Source: Patellaria atrata CBS 101060 (lineage: Eukaryota). Taken from it: a DNA stretch of 64,000 bases. The DNA is taken from positions 2,467,561 through 2,531,560 of the forward strand of contig MU006089.1 of NCBI GenBank assembly GCA_010093705.1. The letters run 5' to 3'. The position numbers and the translations under genes are program-made. Below the pieces are notes generated by a model, which was not told the DNA's origin, searched no databases, and saw only the letters and a program-made list of their open reading frames with translations. Below, piece after piece: positions 1 through 11,731 of this stretch. Position 1 is the stretch's first letter, and each line of letters opens with the position of its first letter.

Positions 1-175
1 CATGCTGCAATTTCAAAAGGGCTTCCCCCGTACCAATCAATCAATCAATTTAGATTCTCCTTATTCTGGTGGGGTTCCTATTCATATCGAAATTGACGTT
101 CTACTTCGTCCCTGTCATGTTTCGCTCGCTTCCTGTAGAAGATGTCAGTGAACATGTTAATATTACTAGTCCAGA

Positions 176-1690
176 TTAGACACAAAATGTTGTCCATATG
201 TCAATACCAAACAAGCTCAGTACTCCGACAACCCTGTAAAAATACATCGTTTCATAAGAGGAAATTGGGTTTGGAAATAGAGAAGATACGTACTTTTCGT
301 CTCCCAGGAGATCATATGCTCCCTGTACAATTTTAAACCTCTCTGTTGCCCCATCAATGTCATCCTGATTTTTATCGGGATGGTGTTCAATCGCAAGTCT
401 CTTGTACGCGCTCCTGATATCTGCCATGGAAGCGTTCCTCCGTACCTGTAGTACGGCATATGGGTCGTTGCGGATTGCCTGTAGACGCACCGTACGTGGA
501 TCTAATTGTGGAGGTGCAGGAGAAGGATATGGCGCTGATTCTCTAGCGGCAGCCTTCTTGTTTCTTCTCTGGTGTTCGCGTTCCGAATTCTGCTTCTTGC
601 AGTTTGGTTCCTCATCGCAGTTTTTCCTCTTTCTGCCATTGCCCCCAGCACTCTGTTGTTGTTGTTGTTTCTGCTGTTGCTGTTTGCACTCTTGCTCGGT
701 ACGGGACGTATTGGGGTTTGTATGGTGCGTACGAGACGAATCTTGGTGCTTAGGGGAAGTGCGCTCCTTGTATGCATCGTTTTCCGTTTTCGGTTTCTTT
801 CGTGGTTCTTCTTCCGTTCCACGCTTGTTGCATGCTTCTTCCCAATCACGCTTCTTCCGTGCTTGATCTTCCATGTCACTTTTCTTCTTTGCCTCTCTTT
901 CCTTTTCGCGCCGCTTTCGGTCTTGATTTCCTAGTTCCTGATAGAACTCTGTGAGATTCATGTAGCGCCGGGCCGAGACAAACCTCGCAGATTCGTTAGT
1001 GGTGGGGTTAGGGATGTGATCTTTGGTTCCCTCGTGTTCGTCGACCGGGGACTCACTAGCTTTGGAACGATCAGTATTTGGGGACTGAAGGCACTCAGAG
1101 GATGGAACGTCCCCAGGCCGCTCCTTTGTACGCTGAGGCTCCGGTGGTACCTGGCTGTCGGGCGGAGTACTTGCAGTGTTTGGCGGCGACGAACCTGGAT
1201 ATGACCATGGGTTACACCCACTCAGTGGAGGCCATATCCGAAAATTTGCTCCACCTGGTGTGAATAATGGCGTAGCGAGCGCTCTCCTCCGTGGTCTGTG
1301 GAACATGGCTTCCCACACATCTGGGATATACGGCATAGGAATATGGAATGCAACAGGAACACGAGGCGCGCGGAAGCGGATCTCCACGACACCTAATGTC
1401 ATAGATCTGACTATTCCGAGGATTCGGAAATGTTCGTCCAGGGTGACGAATGCGGTTCCATCGCACAATCCTTGGTACACCTCGATAATTCGCTCGAAAC
1501 CAGCATGATATTCGGGACCGTACCCGTCCAAGAGATACGGGAGTAAGCATGTATGTAGATCAGCGGCGAGATTTGGCACGTTGTTCTGAGCTACTCGGAA
1601 AAGAATCGGGCACTCAGACCGAAGATGGAGTTCTTCAGTAGCTATGCACATAGGGCATACCTCGAGCAATTGGTGGAGCGGGAGACTCAT
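176..1690 (-). CDS. DnaJ (J-domain) protein with a long charged/polyQ N-terminal region and a C-terminal J-domain
   Basis: DPYAVLQV...IRSAYKRLAIEHHPDKN...ATERFKIVQGAYDLLGDE is a J-domain with the HPD motif. First ATG is at 1690 (the track ORF starts at TTG 1717). A 3' intron is possible (GTACGT near 293). Confidence 0.8.
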   Translation of the reverse strand: MSLPLHQLLEVCPMCIATEELHLRSECPILFRVAQNNVPNLAADLHTCLLPYLLDGYGPEYHAGFERIIEVYQGLCDGTAFVTLDEHFRILGIVRSMTLGVVEIRFRAPRVPVAFHIPMPYIPDVWEAMFHRPRRRALATPLFTPGGANFRIWPPLSGCNPWSYPGSSPPNTASTPPDSQVPPEPQRTKERPGDVPSSECLQSPNTDRSKASESPVDEHEGTKDHIPNPTTNESARFVSARRYMNLTEFYQELGNQDRKRREKEREAKKKSDMEDQARKKRDWEEACNKRGTEEEPRKKPKTENDAYKERTSPKHQDSSRTHHTNPNTSRTEQECKQQQQKQQQQQSAGGNGRKRKNCDEEPNCKKQNSEREHQRRNKKAAARESAPYPSPAPPQLDPRTVRLQAIRNDPYAVLQVRRNASMADIRSAYKRLAIEHHPDKNQDDIDGATERFKIVQGAYDLLGDEKYVSSLFPNPISSYETMYFYRVVGVLSLFGIDIWTTFCV

Positions 1691-1717
1691 AATAATGCTG
1701 TGTATAAGAGATGTCAA

Positions 1718-1800
1718 GGTTTTGGTGGTAGTATGATGATGTTTTGCTGATAGTACGACGCGGTTTTGCTGATAGTACGACGAGGTTTTGATGATGATAT
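1718..1800. repeat. 22-bp tandem repeat, 2 near-exact plus 2 degenerate copies (GTTTTGCTGATAGTACGACG)
   Basis: Directly visible just upstream of the J-domain gene start. Confidence 0.75.
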
Positions 1801-2521
1801 GGAGACGATTTGATTTAAAAGAAAAGTGTTGTCAAAAATCGAGAGTTGGCGGAGGGAGAAGTGTCAGGTTGGTTGAAGGTCGAGATCAGATATTATAAGG
1901 TAGGATATTTCAGCGCGGAGGGGGCAAAGTGCGTGCTCACGTGGTTTGCTTATGCAAAATATCGAGGTAAATATTGAGGTTAAGGTAGCATCGGGGTACC
2001 TTAAGTTAAGGTGAGGTAGGTTAGTTGATGCGTCTTGCTTCGTCGTGACTACCAAATAAGGAAATTCCGGTTAAGGAAATGATCTCTTGGACCACAAGGA
2101 ATCAATGAATGCCTTATGACTTCTCAGCTCGTGTCTTTTTTTCACAAACTTGAATAAGAGAAATACCAACCCGACCTGATTACGAAACCTGTAAGTAACG
2201 CGGTTGTGTCTTCACAGGCGCTATCCATGGATAGAGTGTGAATATTGCAAAATGTCAAAACTTACCAAACAAATGCTCCATTGTTCCCGTACTACTCCCG
2301 ACGTGATATTTATTTTGCCTACTTCTTGCAAAACTCAAGGTTCCCACCTCCGCCCAACGCGTGCTAAAGAACATATATCACGTACCTCATCTGAACACAT
2401 CTTCTTAAACGGGTACTTTATCGCAGAACCATTGCTTTCTCCTCGGCCACTATCTACTTCCATACACATATCACACTTCTCCTACTACTGTGTCGACTTC
2501 TTCTGGAGACCACCAAACAAA

Positions 2522-3465
2522 ATGGCGGAGCCTCGTAGTAACGACGAACATCATCACATGGACCGTACCGAACAGGACAAGGCGGGTCTCCTGGTCGATA
2601 TCCCTCTCAACGAACCCCCATCCCCTCCTATTGAACCTTCACACACCGTACCAGATACGGATAGTGACTGGATCATAGTAAGGTCGGAAGACGAGTGTGA
2701 GGTACGTATATCTTATATCTCTATTTCCACGAAAAATTCATAAGACCTGAAGCCACAAATCGCTAATTCATACAGGATTCCGGAGGCCGATCTCCTCGAT
2801 ACAAAGTCCCACGGGCGGTCGAGAACATATTCCAGACCGCTCAACTAATGCGTGAAAATGTGCAGGAGCGGTACGCAAATGTAAAACGCTCTAGTGACGA
2901 TTCCGCGGTCGGCCGTGGGTATCAGCTTGCCAGCGAGTATGTACAGGAGAGGTACCCAAACGTACAAAGCTCTATGAATGATTCCGCAGTCGGTCGTGGA
3001 TACCAGCTTGCCAGCGAGTACGTACGGGAGAGGTACGCAAATATACAAAGCTCTATCAACGATTCCGCGGTTGGCGGTGGATACCAGGTTGCAAGCGAAT
3101 ATGTACCACGATATGTACGGGCTGTCGTGACATCTGTACGGGTTGATACAGTTGGTACGATCGATAGAGTGATAGAGGCCGCAAAAGAGGCGTTTAAGAG
3201 TTTGCGTGGAAGATATGACTTACTGTACGAAACGAGGAACAAGAAGCGCCTCCCCGCGGGTAGGCCACGACGATTGACGGGCTCGAGTATACACAGCTCG
3301 GCGATTATGGAAGAGGTTAAAGAGAATCATTGGAGTGTTGGAAATGAAGGAACTGTGGAAGCATCTGTACGAGCTGCTGTAAATATAGTCGAGGGCCAGG
3401 AGCACGGTTGGGTTGAAGTTTCGGACGAGCGTACAGAGGATTGGGTATTGCAAGACACCACCTAG
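2522..3465 (+). CDS. Hypothetical protein with about three 27-aa tandem repeats
   Basis: Exon 2522-2701, intron GTACGT..GCTAAT..TACAG 2702-2775, exon 2776-3465 in frame. Repeat VQERYxNVxxSxxDSAVGRGYQLASEY with an 81-nt period. Confidence 0.65.
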
Positions 3466-4449
3466 CTCAACAATTAGCATGGTACATCTCGCTTTATGTA
3501 GAGCCCAACACCTGACTCAAGTAGGATAGAACAAGAAGACTCGGCTTACCAATGAAGATTCCCTGATCCGCATATTTCTGACTCACTTTACCATTATAAT
3601 CGAAAGGACTGGTTTCTATGAACCAGTAAGTTATGGATATGGAGACAATCCGGAAATTTTCACAATGTCAGTATCAAGGCATAATAGTTATAGCAGACAA
3701 TGACATAAAAGGAGATGATACAGTGGTGAAACTAGGAATAGATGACTTCTAATTGAATATAACGAGAAAGTGAGGGGGAATGAAGGACTGGTTCTCCCAA
3801 TGTACGGTAATTGAGTATCTTTTGTTTAAAATGTTAAAGATGAAATCACCACTAAATGAGTCAAATCACTCACCTGTACGTTCCTAGTCCAAGGTCCTAG
3901 TAACGATTATTGACCCACACTCATCGGGTGCCACGGTAAAAATGAGTTGATATATCCCCCTGATAATCCTAGCACTTCAGGCACATTGTATGAATTTTCA
4001 ATTGAGATGCCCTACTCCTTTATACATACCTACTGTACTGTAGCAAGGACATTCACTTGCACCAACCGTGAGATTACACCGAATCTAAGTAGATGTCAGA
4101 CCAGCATCGGTACAGCATGTGTATAGCAGTCAAGAAGTGATGAACATAACAAAGGAAACGAAACCACTACGCTGTGTAAAAAGATGGGAGTAATTGTTCA
4201 AATGCTGATATGTGTAACCCAGTAAGAGGAGGAAACCGACGAGACATATAAGGACGCCCCCAATGTACAGGATGCATACGTAAATAAATAGCTGACCGTG
4301 CAAATTGAAACAAGAAGAGAGATGGGATCATGACGGGGTTAAGGCAGCGTGCACACAAATGAAAATACAAAATTCTGCTCCAAATATATAGCTATGTGTT
4401 CGCATAGCTATAGCGAAAGTGAGTCCATTGTTACAATCTGTTCTAGATA

Positions 4450-5740
4450 TCACTTCTTCCTTCGCCTTGCTTTACTCCTAGTCGACATCGCAGGGGTGCT
4501 TTCCGCTTTAATACTGAGCGCTTCGTCGCTCAACTCAGGAGTATCGCGCTCGGCCTCCACGCCATCATCCTGCCCACTACTCTCATCACTATCTAGAACT
4601 CGATTGGCCTCGCTTATTTCCTTGGATTCTACTCCGGAGACCCCCTGTTGACTTTGTGCTTCGGCAGCGATTTGCTGTACCAGCTTTTTCGCTTCGTTCT
4701 CCCGTCCATTCCACGCCTTACACTCACCACATCTCCAACGACCGACGTCTTCTAAAGTTTTCGTCCCTGGAGGTGCTTGGCCATTGACAAGCCTACACTT
4801 TGAACATATCAGAGCAATTCGGTTTTTGGCTTGTGTTTCGTCTTCGCCCATAAGGGCGTCCATCAAACGGTCATACCATGTCGGTTGACCGTACGACGGC
4901 CCAGAGATATACTCTGCGTTTGAAAATGCGTTTGGAGCAAATTCTTCTGTTGGTGGGATAATTTGGTCCACAGGCCCCTTCTGACCAAGGTTGCTAATGG
5001 CTGGACTGGTTGGTCGAGACAGTCCCTGCTGTGTTAGATTCGGGAAATGACTAGGTACCTCGGGTAGTTGATGTGGAGAGGCCCGAGGAATGTTAGCTGT
5101 AGGTGGTGGTGCAATATTCGTTCTTCCCGGCTGAGGTCCATTTCTCTGTTGCCCATCTGGGGACTTCTGTTGCTCAATCTTTGGTGGAGACTCAGTTTGC
5201 GGTGTTGACTTTTGTGAACCATACTTGTCTAGCAACTGTTGGGTAGAATTGTACTTTGTTGCCGCTTTCAGCCTCTCTATGGTCGCATCTTGCTCTTTAT
5301 GCAGCCGGTTTAGTGATGCCTGGGTATTTGTGATTCGATAGTTGTAGTAGGCGGTTAGAGCTTGTCTAACCCCATATATTCTTTGAGAGTGAATGTTAGT
5401 GAGTATTGAAATAAGTTGTAATTATCGACCTTACACAAGTGGACCTCCAGCTACTCCAGTATATTCGGTGGGACCCCAGTTACGCCATCCAATGACAACT
5501 GTAAGAATTGTCGTAGCCAGAATCCACGCAAAAATCGTATACAGTGTCCACATCACCTTCAGCTTCCTCGATCTTTGTCGAAGCGCGTCATTTCGCGCGG
5601 TTGCCTTGCTTATCCTAACTGCTAGATTCGATAACGTCTTCTCAAATGCTGCTGCGTCTTCTCCGCCCTGTTACGTTTAGCACATAGTAAAGGTGAGGGC
5701 TACGGCATCGACATACCTTCCAGGGCCAAAAGGAGACCAT
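4450..5740 (-). CDS. LNP1: Lunapark ER-junction protein
   Basis: MVSFWPWK start, two TM helices, coiled coil, WYDRLMDALMGEDE, zinc finger CSKC..NGQA..CGEC. Two introns. Confidence 0.9.
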
Positions 5741-6023
5741 TATTGAGGGACTATTATCGTATAATGATCATCTTTTATGAGTGAGTGGAAGAAGAAGTGT
5801 CAAAATATGCGAGCTTGGCTCAAAGTAAAGCTTCTCTACGTCAATGGATGCGACAGGCAAGCTGTTGATCGGCGTTTGGCAAGGGCCGAAACGTTTTTAT
5901 CACTTAGTCTACACGTGAACAGAAAGTTTCCCATCCCAACGCTTTGTTCATCAATTTATCTTGCAATAAAATTCAGCAGCAGCATTCTAAGGCGCAATCA
6001 TACAAACCTTCACAATCCATCAG

Positions 6024-6494
6024 ATGACTCTTGTATCTTTCCGATCCGTCCCAGAGGCCATTAGAGCCTACCGAAATCTTCTGCGTTCGACGCGAATTGC
6101 ATTTCAAGGTACTACTATACATCATTGCTTTCCGCGATCCAACAAGCTCTAATCAAGACATCCTAAAGGGGATAATCGCATGATCATGGGCGCTCGAGCA
6201 GAAGCAAGGAATAAATTCCGCGAAAACGCTAAACTAAAGGAGTTCAGCAAGGAAGCTGAAGAAGAGATAGCACTTGCGCAGGCAGTGGCCACAATTTTAA
6301 AGCAGAACGTCGTACAAGGGAAGGCGAAGGATGGAAGTAATCATTATGGTATGTTGCACTATATCTAGCATCTGGATAGAGCTGATGGTGGTCAAGAACT
6401 ACGAATACACGAGCACACGGAGAGAGGGGATAATGAAACCGTCAAGCTAGCGGGCAAACGCAGAAGTAATCTATCGGGAACGGGTCCCACTTGA
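6024..6494 (+). CDS. MZM1: LYR-family mitochondrial zinc maintenance protein / complex III assembly factor
   Basis: Spliced product: AIRAYRNLLRSTRIAFQGD...VATILKQNVVQG...YELRIHEHTERGDNETVK. Introns 6109-6168 and about 6349-6396. Confidence 0.88.
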
Positions 6495-6619
6495 AATTTT
6501 GATGTCCAAATGCTATCTGTGATATGAAAATGCTGACCCTAAACCGCTTGTTATATGCCATATTGCAACTGATCACAACGCCGGCCGATGCTAGTATTAT
6601 ACAAACAAATCAACCTAAA

Positions 6620-7759
6620 TCAGTTGCCTGCTAAGCTGGCATAATTCACGTCGTCCGCCCCTGGTGGTGGTGCGAGTGCGCCCATATTGTCAAGCTCGTC
6701 ATGAGCTGATGCTGCAGCAATCTGCGCAGGAGTGCCTGTAGCACCCCGACCACCTCTGGCTTTCCCTACGACCGCCCTTCCTTCTTTTGCGTGTACCATT
6801 CTTTGATCCAGTTCCATTGTATCTAGCGGTTTTGGTTTTCCCCATCTCACCCTCAGAGGGCACCCTTTAATTACTGCTTTCCCTTGGCAGGCCTCCGCGG
6901 CAGCTTCTGCTCCTTGACGGTTCATGTAGTTTAAGAACGCACAATGAGACCGATGAGAGCAGACAATAGATCGCAGAGCACCGAATTGCGAGAAGAAAGT
7001 GCGTAGTTCATGTTCGGGAAGATCATCCTCAACCCCAGTGACGAACAAGGACGTGACATTAGGATCGGCTGGGGGAAGGATGTCTTCAGGCGTTATAGGT
7101 ACTTGAGCAACACTTGGGAATCCACGCCCCCCGTTTCTTCCCCCACGAGCTCCGCGAGTGCCTGGCGGACCGCTGGGTCTGGAGTCTCGCGTCCGGATGG
7201 GGCCCGGAATATGCTTTGGGTCTTCATTTCCTTCCGGCGCTGGGAGTGCCTTCTGGCCTTCTGATCCCTCTGCATCGATCCGCCGTTGCTTCTTGTAATA
7301 CGGTTCACTGTTTGCTAGCCGTCGTAGTAGCTCTCTAGCCTTCTCGTCGGTCTTCTCGTATGCTTCGATAGCACCCCTACCCTCTTCAATCTCTTTCTCG
7401 TGCTCTTGTGCGTAATATTCTCTGTTGATGGTGCTTTGCGGTCCCGGGGCGACCATTTTGAGAGCGGCATCCCTAACAACAATGGGAAGACCGAAGGACA
7501 GATCCAGCATACAGCATTGACAGCAGTTCTTTAGCCTAGCGCATGTCAGGCAGATGTTGGTCCGCTTTTGTCTCGCAGTCCGATCTGCCTTCCATCGGAA
7601 CACAGTGAAAGGCCTGGTACAGATCTTGCACTCAGCTCCGTGATCTTCCTTTAGCATCTGAACGTAGGGATTATCGGGTAGGCATCTTTCGCAAACTGAT
7701 GGGAAGTCAGTAGTTTCCCAACCCGAACGGTTGAGGTCTTGTTTTATTTGTGGAGGCAT
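6620..7759 (-). CDS. SLT11: Pre-mRNA splicing factor Slt11/Ecm2/Cwf5 (RBM22 family)
   Basis: WETTDFPSVCERCLPDNPY..CKICTRPFTVFRW..CQCCMLDL zinc-binding region plus a C-terminal RRM. Intronless. Confidence 0.95.
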   Translation of the reverse strand: MPPQIKQDLNRSGWETTDFPSVCERCLPDNPYVQMLKEDHGAECKICTRPFTVFRWKADRTARQKRTNICLTCARLKNCCQCCMLDLSFGLPIVVRDAALKMVAPGPQSTINREYYAQEHEKEIEEGRGAIEAYEKTDEKARELLRRLANSEPYYKKQRRIDAEGSEGQKALPAPEGNEDPKHIPGPIRTRDSRPSGPPGTRGARGGRNGGRGFPSVAQVPITPEDILPPADPNVTSLFVTGVEDDLPEHELRTFFSQFGALRSIVCSHRSHCAFLNYMNRQGAEAAAEACQGKAVIKGCPLRVRWGKPKPLDTMELDQRMVHAKEGRAVVGKARGGRGATGTPAQIAAASAHDELDNMGALAPPPGADDVNYASLAGN

Positions 7760-8027
7760 AATTTCGTCAGAGCAACGTCAAATGTCAGAGATGCTCGATT
7801 GAAAGTAGGCTCGGAGTGCGTAACCGAAGTTATTTTGTTGGTTTTATGAAAGTGATGTTGAGGTCCTAGATTATCAATCTAATATCAAATGACGGAGAGC
7901 TAGTCTTCGCCGCTTGCACGTGACAGAAATTTGGGCTTTCCGCGGTACATCAAGGGCACGGTGCACCAAGGCGCGCAAGGGCTTTTCTCGCTTCGCCGTT
8001 AGCGTGATGCGAGAACTTGGCATTGTC

Positions 8028-8034
8028 TATAAAA
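8028..8034 (+). promoter_or_regulatory. TATA box of the U3 gene
   Basis: TATAAAA about 40 nt upstream of the U3 5' end. Confidence 0.6.
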
Positions 8035-8070
8035 TCTTCGCCCGTCCTCCAAATTTTCTTTTCTTCTTCA

Positions 8071-8353
8071 GTCGACTTTACGTGAGTAAAATTCCACCCC
8101 CCAACGTGCAAAATGCGAGCGCAATACTGATCAACGATGCCCTATAGTTCATAGAATCATTTCTATAGTAAACGTCCTCTACTGAGTTTCTTACCAGAGC
8201 CTCAGAATCCAACCTGGCTGATGATTTTCAACATCTGCACCCCAGAGTGATGCCTTTTACTTCTGCTTCGGCGGAAGTGGTGATGATCTCGACCCCGTTT
8301 CTGCTCTGGCTTCGGCCTGTAGGACTGGGTGGGTGTGGATGGATCTGACAGGC
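8071..8353 (+). ncRNA. U3: U3 snoRNA containing a spliceosomal intron (8082-8147)
   Basis: Spliced 5' end GTCGACTTTAC|TTCATAGAATCATTTCTATAG resembles yeast U3 boxes A'/A. Box C' TGATGA 8219, box B AGAGTGA 8244, box C TGATGA 8281, box D CTGA 8345. Intron GTGAGT..ACTGAT..TATAG. Confidence 0.93.
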
Positions 8354-8933
8354 TTTTGGACCATGGTAATTTATTTTCTTGCTTGGACTCTTGAAAGGAA
8401 TTAAAAGAGGCGTGAAGGAAGGTTTCTATATAGACTTGAATCTCTATCGTTAACCAATTTTGCACATCGGTCCAACTGTCCCTGGAGCACTCGTGAAATC
8501 CATTGAAGTCCTTGCCTTGACAATCCTAATGAAGTAAACATGCCTTTTCACCGCTGCTCAATATCATCCGTACCAGCAACCAATCTTGCAGAGGAAAGAC
8601 TGCCCTGGATTGAGCCAGGATCACGGCCCCTTGCACGACCACATTTAAATTTTTTAAACCTGAAAGGCGTATCTGACGAAGAATTTGCGTATGGAGATAG
8701 CCGTTGTACTAAGACCGTTGTGGGTAAGCTTAAGGGGCCTGAGTTGATTTTTTGGTCGAACATGCTCCTCGGTCTCAACAGTCTCCGGCCAGAGCACAAC
8801 GTAAGTTACGCTACGCCTCCCTTTCGCCATACAACATACAATATTTATAATTTCCTGCTCTGTGTGCATTTGACTCTCTACTGTCCCTCCTATACCCTTG
8901 GTTCAACTCATAATCTTTTCGCTTTGACACACA

Positions 8934-10182
8934 ATGGCTCCAATTGCGCTCGAGAAGGAGGACCACTCCCGCGATGCGAACTTCAACAAGGCCATGCATG
9001 GCAAGACCGCGACGAAAGAGGGCTACGGTGCGCTGTTGAGGAAGGATACTACGGCACAGAAAGCTGCAGTTGACGAGTACTTCAAGCATTGGGACAACAA
9101 GTCAGCAGAGATTGAGACAGAGGAGACGAGAGCAGTAAGTTTACCACTACCCCGGCTTCTAGCTACTAGCAGCATACTGACTGGTTTGAAACGCAGGCTC
9201 GGAGAGCGGAATATGCTACTCTCACCAGGCATTACTACAATCTCGCGACCGACTTCTACGAGATGGGCTGGGCGCAGTCCTTCCACTTCTGCCGTTTCGC
9301 CCACAACGAAGCTTTCAAACAGGCTCTTGCCCGCCATGAACACTACCTCGCCTACGTCATGGGTATCAAAGAAGACATGACCGTCCTAGACGTCGGCTGT
9401 GGTGTCGGTGGACCAGCTCGCGAGATCGCCAAGTTCACCGGCTGTAACATCGTTGGTCTGAACAACAACGACTATCAGATCGAGCGCGCAACTCGCTACG
9501 CGGAGAAGGAAGAGCTCTCTCATAAGCTCAAGTACACGAAGGGTGACTTCATGGTACATACATCCCTTCCCGAATCCTCCTGTATCAGACTCTAACTTCC
9601 ATCAAGCAAATGTCCTTCCCCGACAACACCTTCGATGCCGTCTACGCCATCGAAGCCACGGTCCATGCCCCCTCCCTCGAGGGGATCTACTCCCAAATCT
9701 TCCGCGTCCTCAAGCCCGGCGGCGTCTTCGGCGTCTACGAATGGCTCATGACCGACGCCTACGACAACAACAACGCGCACCACCGCGCCATCCGTCTCGC
9801 CATCGAGCAGGGCGACGGCATCTCCAACATGGAGAAAATCGACGTCGCCCTCGCCGCCATCAAGGCTGCCGGTTTTGAACTCGAGCTTAACGAGGACCTT
9901 GCGGATCGCCCTGATCCGAAGCCATGGTACTGGCCTTTGACCGGTGACTTCAGCTATATGGGCTCCGTTTGGGACTTCCCCACGATCTTAAGATTGACGA
10001 GGGTAGGCAGGGGTGCGGTGCACAGGTTCGTGGGCGCGCTTGAGATGGTAGGATTGGCGCCCAAGGGGACGCAGAAGACGGCGGACAGCTTGGCGGTTGC
10101 GGCTGATGCTTTGGTTGCCGGTGGTAAGGAGAAGCTGTTTACGCCGATGTATTTGATGGTTGCGAGGAAGCCTTTGAATTAG
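8934..10182 (+). CDS. ERG6: Sterol 24-C-methyltransferase
   Basis: [55 protein letters not shown]. Introns at about 9135-9197 and 9554-9606. Confidence 0.97.
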
Positions 10183-10550
10183 GAATTTGATGGACCTGGG
10201 GGTGATGTGTGGACGTAGGATGTCCGAAGTATATACGCGCTTTGTCTAGTGGTGGTGCTGCTCCTCTAAGAGCCTGTTCATATTTTCCTAATGTCTAGAG
10301 AAGTTGAAGGAGAGGATTGTCATGAGTATTTCCCGATGTACGGTAGACAGGCATCATGACTTGGACGGTTGGATTCAAGCACAAGATTAATATTAATAAG
10401 AAAGACCTAAGTCAGACCTTGTTCGAGATATGTTATCTCTGTATACTGTTCAAGGGAATGAGAGGAGGGGATTCAAAATGTAACGGTGTGGCACTGTTTT
10501 ATAAACATTCATGAAGACCCGTGTCATTATATATATATACCTGGTTCTAG

Positions 10551-11503
10551 TCAGTCTGGATCGTGTTATAGACCCTTCAGAGACGACGCAGAGACGTTCG
10601 TACGGCTGCGCAGCGCTTACGTTATATCGTAGTTATAGTAGTAAAAACTCTATACTAAAGAAGGGTAGAGAACTTTATTCGCTCGTAGGTAAGTATAACG
10701 ATACATATACTATAACTACGGCTTATACGAGAAAGATATATTAGTATTACGAATCTTAGACTAAATAAGCGATAGTCTCTCTCTACTCTATACGTTACTA
10801 TAGTAACGACGCTTCTTTATCGCCGTATCTACCGCCTCGCTAGCGTTTACTTGAATCTATTATATTGTTACGGCCACAAGTTGTGAAGACGTGCAGTGGA
10901 CGAGTGGGGGAGAAAAAGAGACCACTCGGCACAATCACGGGAAAAGCCAGTGTCACGAGGGTCACGTGATGTGATCGATAGTCGAAGGGTATCGAGCAGC
11001 CAGCATCGAGCACATCAAATAGGACTGTGAAGAAGGAATACTGAAGGACGTTCCTTTGCGGATGTATTTAGATTCTTCGTAGTTCTTCTTACCAACATAT
11101 CTTACTATAAGATTGGATGTTACGGTCTTTGACTTAACTCACCTTTGTCATACTGTGTTCGTACAGTATCACTTGTCTCTACTGTGAAGCCTTTGAGAGA
11201 GTGTTAAGGGGAAGCAAGTTATATCGTAACTTGAAGTGCAGACTTTTACACGTTCTATCACGAAGCGAAAACCTGCCCTTCTAGGAAGGAGGTCTCTCGT
11301 CAGTGAGAAACCTTTCGCATGTTTATACCTATCTGGTTCCGGCTTAGAGAAGTATAAACTCTCGTCAGTAACAGTAGTATAGCTCGTAATATACCACTCG
11401 CAGACCTATCGCCTACGTCTTCCCCTTAGCTGCGGGGACACTATTATAGCTTTTTCCTACTAGTACTATACATAGGTTTTTACTTAGCATAGCTCAGTCT
11501 GGA
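10551..11503. mobile_element. Degenerate, RIP-like transposon relic containing LTR-like piece(s)
   Basis: TpA-rich/CpA-poor flanks at about 10560-10865 and 11374-11490. The inner segment 10866-11373 starts TGTTAC and ends GTAACA, with a second TGTTACGG at 11118. No clean target-site duplication. Confidence 0.5.
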
Positions 11504-11731
11504 TGGACCCATAGAAAGGGACGCCTCAGACATTAAACAAGAAACAATTAATTATTATCGTGAAGTGCATTTATTGCTATTCCCTTAATTTAAAACTGAC
11601 AAAATGCTACACAACCCCCCCCCTCCCCCCCCTCCGGGGGAGGGGCCCATGCATCTCACCTGCAAAGAACCACACCCGTCAAGGAAGAGCCTGGGTAGTG
11701 AACGAGGTCGACGTGTAAACTACACCTCCTC

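Noticed and set aside
8202..8465. 87-aa minus-strand ORF
   Set aside because: Overlaps the U3 snoRNA and has no protein features
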